Of a DNA stretch of 35,488 nt, positions 24,132 through 35,488 are shown in pieces. The first letter of the stretch is position 1. The number at the start of each line of letters is the position of its first letter. Source of the stretch: Octopus bimaculoides (Eukaryota). The position numbers and the translations under genes are program-made. Location of the stretch: the NCBI RefSeq assembly GCF_001194135.2, contig NC_068981.1:45788909-45824396 (forward strand). The letters are read 5' to 3'. A model generated the notes under the pieces. That model did no database searches. It was not told the DNA's origin and was given only the letters and a program-made list of their open reading frames with translations.

Positions 24132-25837
24132 TATATATATTTAAGAATTTATCTTTGAATACCGTAAGTAAATTTTCTTTCTTTATTTTCAGTAATATGA
24201 ACAAGAAAAATATTACACTGCCAATATTGCTTTACCTAAAATGAACAGTAAAATATAACAAGAAATCTATTTGAAGGTAAGATATATATATTTTTAAATA
24301 ATTGGAATAGAAAAGAATTTTGAAAGCCGAAGTAGGTACTGTATATATTTCGGTGACAGTATTCCTCCGTTTTATTTCTTCAGTGGATATGGAATAGGTA
24401 ATAGTTTCGACTCCGCCATTACATATTTGTCATTTGTCAAAAAGCGTTACTTCCTATACGCATGTATCTAGAAATCAAAAGAAATAATACTATTCCCTTC
24501 AAATTATAGTCCACGATCTTCTGATTAATATTTCATGACAACCAACAATATTTTGATTTGTAACATTAACATTTTGAAAGCAGGATAGGGTTATCATGTG
24601 CTATAAAAATGCATGAGATATTGTGTGTTCAGTAATTCATTCAATTTAAGATAAGCGTGAATATTTATATTGATAAATGAGTGTAACCCATACGCAGAAT
24701 TATTAGAGCATGGGATAAATTATTTATTGATATTGCGTTTGCGCTATTACGTTATAAATTCAAATCCTGGTAAATTTGAAGTCGACAAATTAAGCTACAA
24801 ATTATAACTGAGTTATAACACCGTCTAACACGATTTCTGTCCTTGCGTAGCAAATGTTATTTCCTATTTGCTTACCCCTATGACGTATTAAAAATTGTTA
24901 ACATTGCCTTGAAACTTTGGTCGTGTTACATTTATTGAAACCCCAAATAATCATTCTCAGCACGAGCCTTTGTAGCTCCCCCACTTCTGCTCATGAACAC
25001 AGTATAGTCGGTCGTGCTTTTCCTTCATACATCTTCAGAAAAGAATATTACTTTAATATAGCAAGTAGTGTTTCAGAAAGCCAAATATGTTGGAGGGAGA
25101 GTATTTTTTCCTATGAATACATGTCATCTTTTATATAATCAGAAAACAAATAAACATTGATTTTATTAAAGTATGAAAGAAACAACATATAAAGTAATCT
25201 ATGGCAAAAATAAAGAAGCATGGGGTGGGCATGGTGAATAAATAGCATCATAAGATTTAAGAAGTTGGGGATAATAGCAACCACAATCATGTCGTTTTGT
25301 TTTGAAGGAATATATTTATATGTCACAGACAGTGATATTTCATGCTATTCATAATAACTAAATAGTAAATAGCGAGTATATAATCTATACAATACAACAG
25401 TCCTATACTCGACATGATACAGATTACTATAGTCGCTTCTCACTGCTATAAAGTAGCAGTAATATGTGTTCTTAAATTGACAGAACCCATGTAACTGATC
25501 TTTGTGAAATCAATGTCATATAATAGAATTCCCTGGTAATTTAAGTGACATGTCCAAATTTCTATAATTGAAAGTCTAACATTCAAACAACTACCAGGTT
25601 CTGTTCTAGATCTAAGCACAGTTATATGTTAGCGTTTGTGCTTTGAGTTCAACAAAATGAGGTGATCAAGTCAAAACATATATACTGCGTAGAGAGTCTC
25701 GATAACAAGCATAAGTGGCTCAATTACTGTCAATATACTTCTATTGCATAATAAAAGAATATGTAATTATGTAAGATATATATTGTTTGTATGCATATAT
25801 TACGTTATATTATGGAAACCGAGAGAATCAACCTTGA

Positions 25838-26063
25838 TTTTCTTTTTTATCTTTCGTTCATTAGCCTGGTGCCATGCAAGGGCGCCGGCTTCAAATTTTT
25901 TTTTAGAACAAATCGACCGCAGTATATATTTTCATTTTAAATCTGGTGCTTTCTGTTTCGGTCTTGTGCTGAAACTGCTAAGTTACGTATACGAAAACAC
26001 TCTAACGCCGGTTCCCATGTGATAGGAGGGACGAACACAAACATAAAAACAAACACAGACCCT

Positions 26064-26106
<43 letters not shown>

Positions 26107-26263
26107 ACACACATACGGAGCACTTCTTTCAGACTCCATCTGTGACATCTATTCATTAGCATTTTGTCAGCCCGTAGTTATAGCAAAAGACACTTGGAGA
26201 AGATACCATGCAGTAGAAGTGAACTCATGAGCGAAGTTCTTACCTCACACCCATGCCATGCCT
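25838..26263 (-). mobile_element. Old, diverged copy of SINE family A with an internal (CA)n microsatellite
   Basis: Shares ccatgc..g.gc.ccg.ctt, aatcgacc, ctgctaagttacg, aagacacttg and ccatgc with the 6649-7135 copy in the same order, with the microsatellite at the same internal position. Confidence 0.7.
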
Positions 26264-27163
26264 GCTCTATACACATTATATACTTAACTATTGTATAACA
26301 TATGCATAGCTACATACATGAACACACGAGTAAATGTATATAAATGTACACACATAATATATATANNNNNNNNNNNNNNNNNNNNNNNNNNNNNNNNNNN
26401 NNNNNNNNNNNNNNNNNNNNNNNNNNNNNNNNNNNNNNNNNNNNNNNNNNNNNNNNNNNNNNNNNNNNNNNNNNNNNNNNNNNNNNNNNNNNNNNNNNNN
26501 NNNNNNNNNNNNNNNNNNNNNNNNNNNNNNNNNNNNNNNNNNNNNNNNNNNNNNNNNNNNNNNNNNNNNNNNNNNNNNNNNNNNNNNNNNNNNNNNNNNN
26601 NNNNNNNNNNNNNNNNNNNNNNNNNNNNNNNNNNNNNNNNNNNNNNNNNNNNNNNNNNNNNNNNNNNNNNNNNNNNNNNNNNNNNNNNNNNNNNNNNNNN
26701 NNNNNNNNATATATATATATATATATATATATATATACGTGTGTATATGTATGATGTATGTCGGCGCGCGCATATGTGTGCGTTATATTTAACTATTGAT
26801 CATTTACATGTGGAATTATTTCTCTGCAGTGTAAATAAGGAGAACAAGCATTTAGTTGCGAAATGTTATCACCCAATCTTGGAAATTACGTTTAGGATTA
26901 ACAGTTCTATATCTGAAATGTAAACTTAGATTTAGAGGCATATTTTTTTATGTAACAACCGAATTAATTTTCTACTCACCATGCTCTACAATGTCCAACT
27001 GGTGTAAACTTGTTATTTAACATATTAATACACATTATATGATATAGCTAATGTGACACCTCACACAAACAAACATATTCATAACTACACACTTACATAG
27101 AGGTACGTGTATATGTATGTATCTGTCTGTCTGTATGTATGCATGTCTGTGTGTCTCTCTCTT

Positions 27164-27236
<73 letters not shown>

Positions 27237-27894
27237 CTTGTTTGTGATATAATTCTTGGGAAAGAATATATTTGCGGCTGAAGATAGCTTTATACTATCA
27301 ATTATATACCAATAATGATGCAACAACTATAAAGCTTGAATCAGGTGTACCGCAGAATCCTTTGTGTTTTGTTTTTATTTTTACATTCCCAATTTATATA
27401 TATATATATACGTGTGTGTGTTCGTTTGTGTTTCTATGTATAAATACACAACGTATCTGAGACTTCTTTTCTTGCCTATTTTCATTCAATGCAAAACCGA
27501 TATTATATCAAAATCTCCGTCTGTAAATCTCCGTATTTTGAAAACATATAAGTTATCTTCCACGTCATTTTTATAAACATAATGATTCCTCTTTTCTCTT
27601 AATTATATTTGAGAAATAGAAGATGCTCATAGTCTATAGCTGTTCTACATTTGACGCATGTGCTAATCACACACATATATTTGGCGTGTTAATTTTCTTC
27701 TCCATATTGAATTTAAACTTGTTCGCAATGTATTAAAGGATGCTACCTTTTGAATTGTTAATCGCATGTGGTGTAACGGCATTGAAGTATTAAACTAGTA
27801 ATTGAATTAAATCTACAAGAAACATTCAATGATATCTACTTCTCTTCCGTACATTCGACATGCATGCTTATTGAAATAGATGCATAAATCCACC

Positions 27895-27980
27895 CATCCA
27901 TTCATCCCTCCCTCGATTCATCCATCCATATATACATGCATGCATCCATACATACATACATACATACACACATACATACG
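27895..27980. repeat. (CATC)n/(CATA)n tetranucleotide microsatellite
   Basis: Directly visible. Confidence 0.9.
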
Positions 27981-28207
27981 TACATACATACATACATTCG
28001 GTGAACTCTCCTGTCGTAAACGATAGGAGCCTCCACATCTGCTTGTTTAACAGTCCCTACAGATTATTGGCTGATAGTGGTCAAATATGTGTGCTGCACA
28101 TTAGCTCTCGGCAAATAGAACATCGACACTGTGAACAAATCTACTGTTCACATGGAAGTGAACGCAGTGCAATATGAAATAAACGAAGCCTTTCGCATAA
28201 AACATTA

Positions 28208-28279
28208 CTCCGCATGAGAATCGAAACTACGCTTCTGCGATCCTCAGTGCGGAAAGATTAGCACTATCCCCAGCTGCTA
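28208..28279 (-). mobile_element. Decayed tRNA-like SINE head
   Basis: The minus strand gtagcagctggggatagtgct...gtagtttcgattctcatgcggag has a B-box-like gtttcgattc and abuts a microsatellite. Confidence 0.35.
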
Positions 28280-28484
28280 CACACACACACACACACACAC
28301 AAATATACATGCATGCATAAATAATACATACATACATACATACGTATATACATACATACATACATGCACACACACATATATACAGACAGACATCTAGCTT
28401 TGTAGATAGAAACATACATACGCACGTATATATACACATACACACATACATAGAAATCTACATACATGTGTATATGCTTATACA

Positions 28485-28530
<46 letters not shown>

Positions 28531-28585
28531 CACGCACACACACACACACACGCACACGCATATACATATATATATATATATATAT
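28280..28585. repeat. Compound (CA)n/(CATA)n/(CT)n/(TA)n microsatellite
   Basis: Directly visible. Confidence 0.9.
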
Positions 28586-31500
28586 NNNNNNNNNNNNNNN
28601 NNNNNNNNNNNNNNNNNNNNNNNNNNNNNNNNNNNNNNNNNNNNNNNNNNNNNNNATACATAGATGTATATATAAATTGCTAGTTAGAACACGCCCTTTT
28701 TTATCGGAATGTACGTTGTTATTCTCATCTATTAAGTATACTTGAATGAGAGCCAATAACTAATATTATCATCTTTGATACTATGTCGGCAAGAAAGTTG
28801 TTGCTGAGGGCGATGTTAGACAAACAGATTTGGCTGTAAATTTTAAATAAATGATTACTTCCGTTCAGTTATATAACTTCTAAATATAAACTTCTGTAAA
28901 CCACTGGAAAATACAGATACATGGGACTGTCGTATGCACAGAGACTATTGCACTACTCATGTCAGTTTAAAAGGAAGAAACGCACCCATAATGATAGTTA
29001 ATAAGTTGCTGGAAGGGGAATAATTATCGTTACTTCATTTCATTTACTGGGCTATTATGATGAAAATATATCATATTTACTTTTAAAATCAGACTGTTCA
29101 AAACCTTAATGAAGCTATGTGCCAAAAATGGTTCAACTTTAAAGCAATGTATGATACTGGGTAATAATTACTGATTATTTATATACAAATTAGATGAAAG
29201 TAAGTGCTCTGACACTTCATATCGGAATGGCCAATTTTACACAGAAAACAGAAATAATTCAATTGATGTGAATTGAGCGACATTATATCACATTTCTACC
29301 TCCATTAATACCTGATACATTACAGATTTCAGAGCAATTCAATATTAAATTGTCTATTAAAATGTGTTTACTATTTTAAGTAAATTATTTATCTGCATAA
29401 CTTTATTCGACGATCCTTTAACTCTAGAACCATAACCATTTTACTTATATCTAACTTTGAGTCCCTCTGTAATCAATCCATAAAGCAGTTGTTTTGCAAA
29501 CACAGAAAAGTGGCTCGCGGCATTACTTTAGGTTTCTTCTAACTGTCTCAAATTTGTATCTGTGTCTTCATTGTCATCTATAGAATCAAATAGAATCGAA
29601 TAATCTATATCTATAGCAATTCAGAAGGAAAGCAAATGAACCAGTGTATTTCATATTATAGCATAAATGAAATTTTTGTTACAATTGGAAATATATCTTA
29701 TGAATAATTAATTTTTTTTTTTTATCTTTGAGGTATAAATATCAACAAGTAATCGTTACATATGACTGCCCTTAAAAATAATCAAACAAGTAATAATAAT
29801 AGGATGATGCTTATTGAGCCAAAATAAAGCAATTGCAGCTAAATGCACCGCACCAAGAAATGAAGTCATAATTACTCATAACTGAGTAAAGGAATACATT
29901 TGAAATAATAGCACTAATCTGTTGTGGCGCACGCAAGCAGGAGAGAAGTAGGCAGGTCCACTACTAATAAATAGTGGACTGACACAGTCAGTAGGGTCGG
30001 TCGGCGAAAGTACGCCGTTCGGACCAGTCCCTTAGAGACGACGAAATACGACGTCTTCATAGGACATATTAGAATCATACAGATTCTTTTACGTGTAATT
30101 TGTCTCTGTCGTTTGACAACAGCAATTTGAAGGATTTTTAATCGACCAAATCCACTGCAGAACATTGTTTTAAACGTAAACGCACCAGCACCAGTTGACA
30201 AGCGGTGTGCGTGAGCGGGCAGGAAAAGCACTGACACAAAGACACAGACATGGACATACGCAAATACAGAGACACAGGCATAGGCGCATATATATACAGA
30301 GGTGAATATAAGGATAAGCAAGTTAGGCAGATCAATATACAAAGTATATTAAATGCATGAAATACATATATACGTATGCATGGTTGTATACAAAAACGTC
30401 TGAATTACGGAATTTAAATAATATCAAGAATTAATTCGGTTGAAGAAAAGTATTGCAAATCCACCATCGGAATCTAAGTTACTAATTCCTAGCCAATGGC
30501 TATACATTTTGACGCTTCTTCTAACAACGCCGATTGAACGATTCCGCCAAGGTCTCAATCCCATAAAGGTTACCATTATTTAGCTGAAGACGTGATATGT
30601 ACGTTCGATAATCTTGTTTACGCGTGTGTGCATTTGTATGTGAATGCATGAAACCTGGCGTGTGTGTCCTCGTATGATATATATGCGTGTGTGTGTGTGT
30701 GTGCGCGTGTGTGTGTGTCTGTGTGTGTATGCGAAAATTGCTTAATTGCAAAATGTGTCCAATATATTGCTTACACTGAACAGTTATGCAGTATTCCACA
30801 ATAGGAAAATCGATCTCTCATATTATTCTCACCAATCATCATATGATTGTCTGCTGGTAATCCGGACATACCCTGCTTCGTCAAGCTAGCACATATACAC
30901 ATATACAGGATATACAATACTTATCTGCAGCGAGACTTTTCTCATTCAATGTGGCATAATATTGCCTGTCTATATTCAAAATACTTTGCTATGTCCGACT
31001 CCTAAATTTAAAAAAATCGAATGGGAAAATAGACACGGGTAAACTTCTAATTGTCTTCAATTACATGTTCAAAGAACACTGGGTAATTACCTTTAATGTT
31101 TTGTCTTCTGAATCATGTGGAACATATAATCGAAGAACTGCAGTCACTGGTTATCCAAAATTCCTGTTTGCCCTCAACAGGTAAATGATTGCCAAAATAC
31201 TTTCCTTTTGAAGCCGTTTTCCAATTCCATTTACCTTTTTATTTTATTTAGTTTAGTATCTCATATCTGAAACTATGGGTGGCAATAGATCGCACAAAAA
31301 TATAAACAGAATAGAGACGAATCAATCGGTTATTGAATATATGCAACACTAAATAAATGTATCAAATGACATTTTTGTCTCTCACCCATTCTTACAGTAC
31401 TTCGTATTGATATGTATGCGCCTATACAGACGTATATTCGTTTGCATGTGTGTGACTATGTATATGTGTGTAAAAAGATATGTACACACACGTAGAGACT

Positions 31501-32152
31501 ACTCGCTTGCCGACACAAACGTATATACATGTATATAACTACTTACGTATCTTACGAATCATATACAGTAATGTAAGGACATATGCACCCACATTTTATA
31601 GCATTCTTCAATACAACACATATATGAAAATTTAAGATTTCCTATATATATCTATTTTAATTAAATTTCGTGCATTTATTGTTAAATTTTATACTAACGA
31701 CGAATGAAATATTGAAATTACATTGTAAACAACTTCCCTCCATTCGAGAACATCCTCGCATACTTCCTGTTTATATCTTTAGTTTTAAAAGAGTCTGATA
31801 GCCCAGTCAATCGCACAAATGCAATTTCAACTTAACAACGCAAATATTATTGACTTATACAAAAAGAACAAACTAAACAATTATAAAATATCACTTATTT
31901 ATAACATGGTAATTTTCATTTTTATTTGTTTACATTTTTAAATGTTTTAATTCATGATATTGTGCACATATTTCAAACTTATCCAAACATGTTTGTTAAA
32001 ATTGTCACTATACTTTTACTTTTTTGATGATCGTTTACGATATTTGTTTCGAACATTCTTCCCTACAAATGTAGTGAATGAAACGACTAGAATGTCTTAT
32101 ATATGCAACAAAAAACCGTATGCTATACATGCACACTGACACACGCACATAA

Positions 32153-32383
32153 GGCGGCGAGCTGGCAGAAACGTTAGCACGCCGGGCGAAATGCTTAGCG
32201 GTATTTCGTCTGCCGCTACGTTCTGAGTTCAAATTCCGCCGAGGTCGACTTTGCCTTTCATCCTTTCGGGGTCGATTAAATAAGTTCCAGTTACGCACTG
32301 GGGTCGATATAATCGACTTAATCCGTTTGTCTGTCTTTGTTTGTCCCTTCTGTGTGTAGCCCCTTGTGGGTAGTAAAGAAATA
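32153..32383 (+). mobile_element. Young full-length tRNA-derived SINE (family B, Deu/Nin-like central domain) with a 17-bp TSD
   Basis: Head with A-box-like tggcagaaacg and B-box gagttcaaattcc. The centre gaggtcgactttgcctttcatcctttcggggtcgat resembles the Deu/Nin SINE domain (recalled). The tail ends gtaaagaaata. Perfect direct repeats acactgacacacgcaca lie at 32133-32149 and 32384-32400. Confidence 0.9.
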
Positions 32384-32589
32384 ACACTGACACACGCACA
32401 GATATATATATATATATATATGTNNNNNNNNNNNNNNNNNNNNNNNNNNNNNNNNNNNNNNNNNNNNNNNNNNNNNNNNNNNNNNNNNNNNNNNNNNNNN
32501 NNNNNNNTATATATATATATATATATATATATTCATAAGTACATGTATACGTATACCTATATATATATAAAATCAAAATTATGTCTCTT

Positions 32590-32915
32590 CCTTTCTCCGG
32601 TAAAATGGAGGTACCTGGTTGAGAGGAAGCTTTTATTCTATTGCCTAATTTGTCTCAGCAAAAATTATGGAATGGTACAACACTAAATGTGCACCAACTT
32701 ATGAGGAACTGAATTGAGGCAAATAATCAAACTTGTTGTAAATGTGAGACCATCTTCATTCCTCTCTAATTTAAGCAGTTACACTCCTGTAATTCAAGTA
32801 GTTACTGTTTCCTATCCCAGTTTTTCATTTTGCCACGAGCATTGATAACATTCAACTTGAAGAACCATGCTTTTCACTTGGTCAAATTTACGTAGGAATA
32901 TCACGTATGGGAGCA
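32590..32915 (+). pseudogene. Helitron RepHel remnant: PIF1-like helicase C-terminal motifs
   Basis: From 32638 the sequence reads LLPNLSQQKLWNGTTLNVHQLMRN*IEANNQTCCKCETIFIP (cf. LLRNLNPPKLCNGTRL...IEA..TG..KGE.VFIPRI). From 32853, in another frame, it reads QLEEPCFSLGQIYVGISRMG (cf. LEEPCFSHGQLYVACSRVG). Confidence 0.85.
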
Positions 32916-33289
32916 AAATACACGACCATATCATCGTTCAGTAACGTTATTGAACGTTGAACTGTTTCATGTCTTTTTTTCTGGATGTTTATAAAATCAG
33001 GATTTTAGCCCACGTGGAATCTACGCAGGATTGCATTTAAGGACTTATGGACTTATTTTCGACAACATAGAGAAATTGAACTGTGAACATTTAGGCTTCT
33101 TTTTTGTTCTGTCTTTTCATCTCCTTATTTATTTACTCCTGTCCTCTTTGTCGATATGTCATTAATCTATGCCATTCTCATTTTCCCTATTTGTCTGTGA
33201 TGATGGAATATCCCATCAGGTGGGATATCCCAGTAACAGATGTAAGACATTGAATCTTTTCCACTAATGAGTGAAATACGTAAACAACG

Positions 33290-33450
33290 AGGCAAGGTGG
33301 AAAACAGGATAAGTAAACAGGGAGAAAGGACCCTCCATCAGTTGTTGACAGTCTATCTACTCTTTATTTTGAGCATTTAACGACAATATCCGTCTTCAAA
33401 AACAGTGGCTCCCATAAATTCTAAAATAAAATTTAGGATTTATGGAGTTG
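33290..33450 (-). mobile_element. Possible second Penelope-like terminal fragment with a degenerate hammerhead core
   Basis: The minus strand has gtcaacaa-CTGATGGA (33341-33334) and a ccaccttg tail resembling gcaccttg in the tail of the 11330 fragment. The assignment rests on recalled octopus repeats. Confidence 0.35.
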
Positions 33451-34886
33451 GGAACATAAAAAATAACAGTGGAGACATAAAAGGAAGCGAAAGGAAAACA
33501 AACATGGAGGTTCGTTGGATATGAATGTTTGTATTAATTTTCGCAATATATATTTATGCATAATGCATGTTCAGAAACAGATGTATTCATACACATATAC
33601 GATTGCATGTAAATGTGTATTCCATTTTAGTTTTGGGAACTCGTTTGCATGTATCTATTGGTAGAATGCGCCTCACATACGTATATATATATATTTATTG
33701 TAGTATGATGGCGTAATATTATGAATGGGAACACGTAGAGCTGAATATCCTACAGATGTATTTGATTTAAGAATTTTTTCGAATACATAAGTATCATAAT
33801 GACATCAATGAAGAGAAATGAACTGACAATGGTAAAACATGTAACGTAAAATAGAAACAAATATATGAACATTTTGAGGTAGTAATTCAAATCAGAACGT
33901 GTCATTATTAACTGTTTAAAAATAATATTTAAGACAAGCTGAGGTTAGTAAATTATGTTGGTTTCTTTCATGAAAATCTTCTCTCTGCTAATGAAATTAA
34001 ATGCCGATATATTAGAGACATTTGTACGAATATCAAAAAATCACGTATAAATATATCAACATGCTAATACATTTTTATAATTCAATTACACATATAAATA
34101 CACTACACAACCCTTATTACAGTATCCATTTGATTGCAAGAAGTAATATATGTTATAATATTGAAATAAAATTCATATTTTGACGGATATCTTTATAAAC
34201 AGGTCTTCAATATAAAGTCGTAACCGGAAAATACATGTGTTTATTTAATAAAACTGGGAATACGACATGTGTGTGCGCGCGCGTGTGTATGTGCGTGCCT
34301 TTGTATGTGCGTGTGTGTGTGCGTGTGTAAGTGTGTGTGTGTAAAGAAACTTTTCTGTGGGAAACCACAAGTTCAACAGTGAGAAATTTCACAACAAATT
34401 ATAACGCCATGCCACCATAGAAAATAAAATAAAAATTATTTTGACTTCCAGAGAATGTTATGCTACACATAGTGGCATTTACGTCTTACTCTGATTGAGA
34501 TGGGTGGATAATCTAACGAACGAAGATTACTCTAAAATATATAAAGGAAACATATTCCATTATTTACCAGGAATTACGTGAAGAGTAGTCTGCCTCTGTA
34601 GTGTTCTTCCAAATCAATATAACTCAATAATTAGTTCGTTTGGATCAATAAAATTTTATACAAAGCTGAGGAAAAAAGATATATTGGATAAAGAAGGGTG
34701 CCAGATAAAGGAAGTTGCAACATTTTAAGTTTTAAGTTTACACTTCAAATTTGAATCATACTTCTTAATTATTACACTGTATTGTCTTTGCTTAGACCTG
34801 TAATTTTTTAAACCGAACTCACATTTATACTGAACAGCTTACAAATATCAATCGGAGAATTCTTACTAAATTTTCAAACATATGAT

Positions 34887-34950
34887 AACAGGGTTCTTAA
34901 AGATATTGCCAAAATATATAACCGGGTTCTTACAGACATTGCCAAAACGT
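34887..34950. repeat. 33-bp tandem duplication with possible diverged upstream copies
   Basis: aacagggttcttaaagatattgccaaaa at 34887 and aaccgggttcttacagacattgccaaaa at 34920. Confidence 0.8.
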
Positions 34951-35386
34951 TTCTTATTTATAGATATATTCAAATCAATTATAATGATGGGTCCTCATGA
35001 TTGAATATGTAACATCTATCTACTAGTGACGATGATTTTCTAAAAAAAAGAATATATTTTGTTATATTATGTTATCAAACATACACAAATTGGCAACCGA
35101 TGTGTAAATGAGGAAATTAAGTACCCTGGGAAATTAATTCTTTTTTGTTCTGCGTTATCATCGTTTCAGGAAACTAAACGCCTTCTGCTTATATGAGCTT
35201 CGATTGCAATAGAAAACATATATTATCAGTTTAACGCCAGGTTGTAGGCTCTTGAGGATGAAGTGCTTATAAATTTCCAATGTTCTTTACAACACACACA
35301 CCACTGGTACTCACAAACATAATGCGGACATTCATACATATATACAGTTACACACACACTCACATATGTAGATATATGTGTGTGTA

Positions 35387-35428
<42 letters not shown>

Positions 35429-35431
<3 letters not shown>

Positions 35432-35488
35432 TCTTTTATTCTTTTACTCTTTTATTCTTTTATTTGTTTCAGTCTTTTGACTGTGGCC
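35429..35488 (-). mobile_element. 3' tail of SINE family A, cut by the window edge
   Basis: tactcttttatt...tttgtttcagtcttttgactgtggcc matches the 6649-6685 tail tactcttttacttgtttcagtcatttgatttcggcc. Confidence 0.8.

Noticed and set aside
27318-27362. ESGVPQNPL, resembling the RT motif SGVPQGS
   Set aside because: An isolated short match without flanking RT motifs.
29914-30342. 142-aa minus-strand ORF across the hairpin cluster
   Set aside because: Its N-terminus is microsatellite-derived and it has no recognisable motif. The higher GC content lowers stop frequency. Not supported as coding, though not strictly excluded.

Overview
AT-rich, microsatellite-dense animal genomic DNA from a draft assembly: nine N-gaps totalling about 2 kb, most of them next to (TA)n or other dinucleotide runs. 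The SINE families and microsatellite style point to an octopod cephalopod (inference from recalled repeat sequences, not from a search). I cannot identify any intact host gene. The window reads as intergenic or intronic DNA full of transposon fossils. These include CR1/L2-like and RTE-like LINE 3' remnants, a pseudogenised mariner with both TIRs, a Helitron PIF1-helicase remnant absent from the ORF track, and two tRNA-derived SINE families, one copy with a perfect 17-bp TSD. There is also a candidate MITE and Penelope-like terminal sequence. The most notable signals are a minimal type-I hammerhead-ribozyme fold with a CCGAUGA core at 11417-11467 (minus strand), paired head-to-head with a truncated inverted copy, and an unexplained CpG-rich cluster of four hairpins at 29955-30056. 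Most ORFs in the supplied track are microsatellite, N-gap or antisense artefacts. All translations and folds were done by eye.
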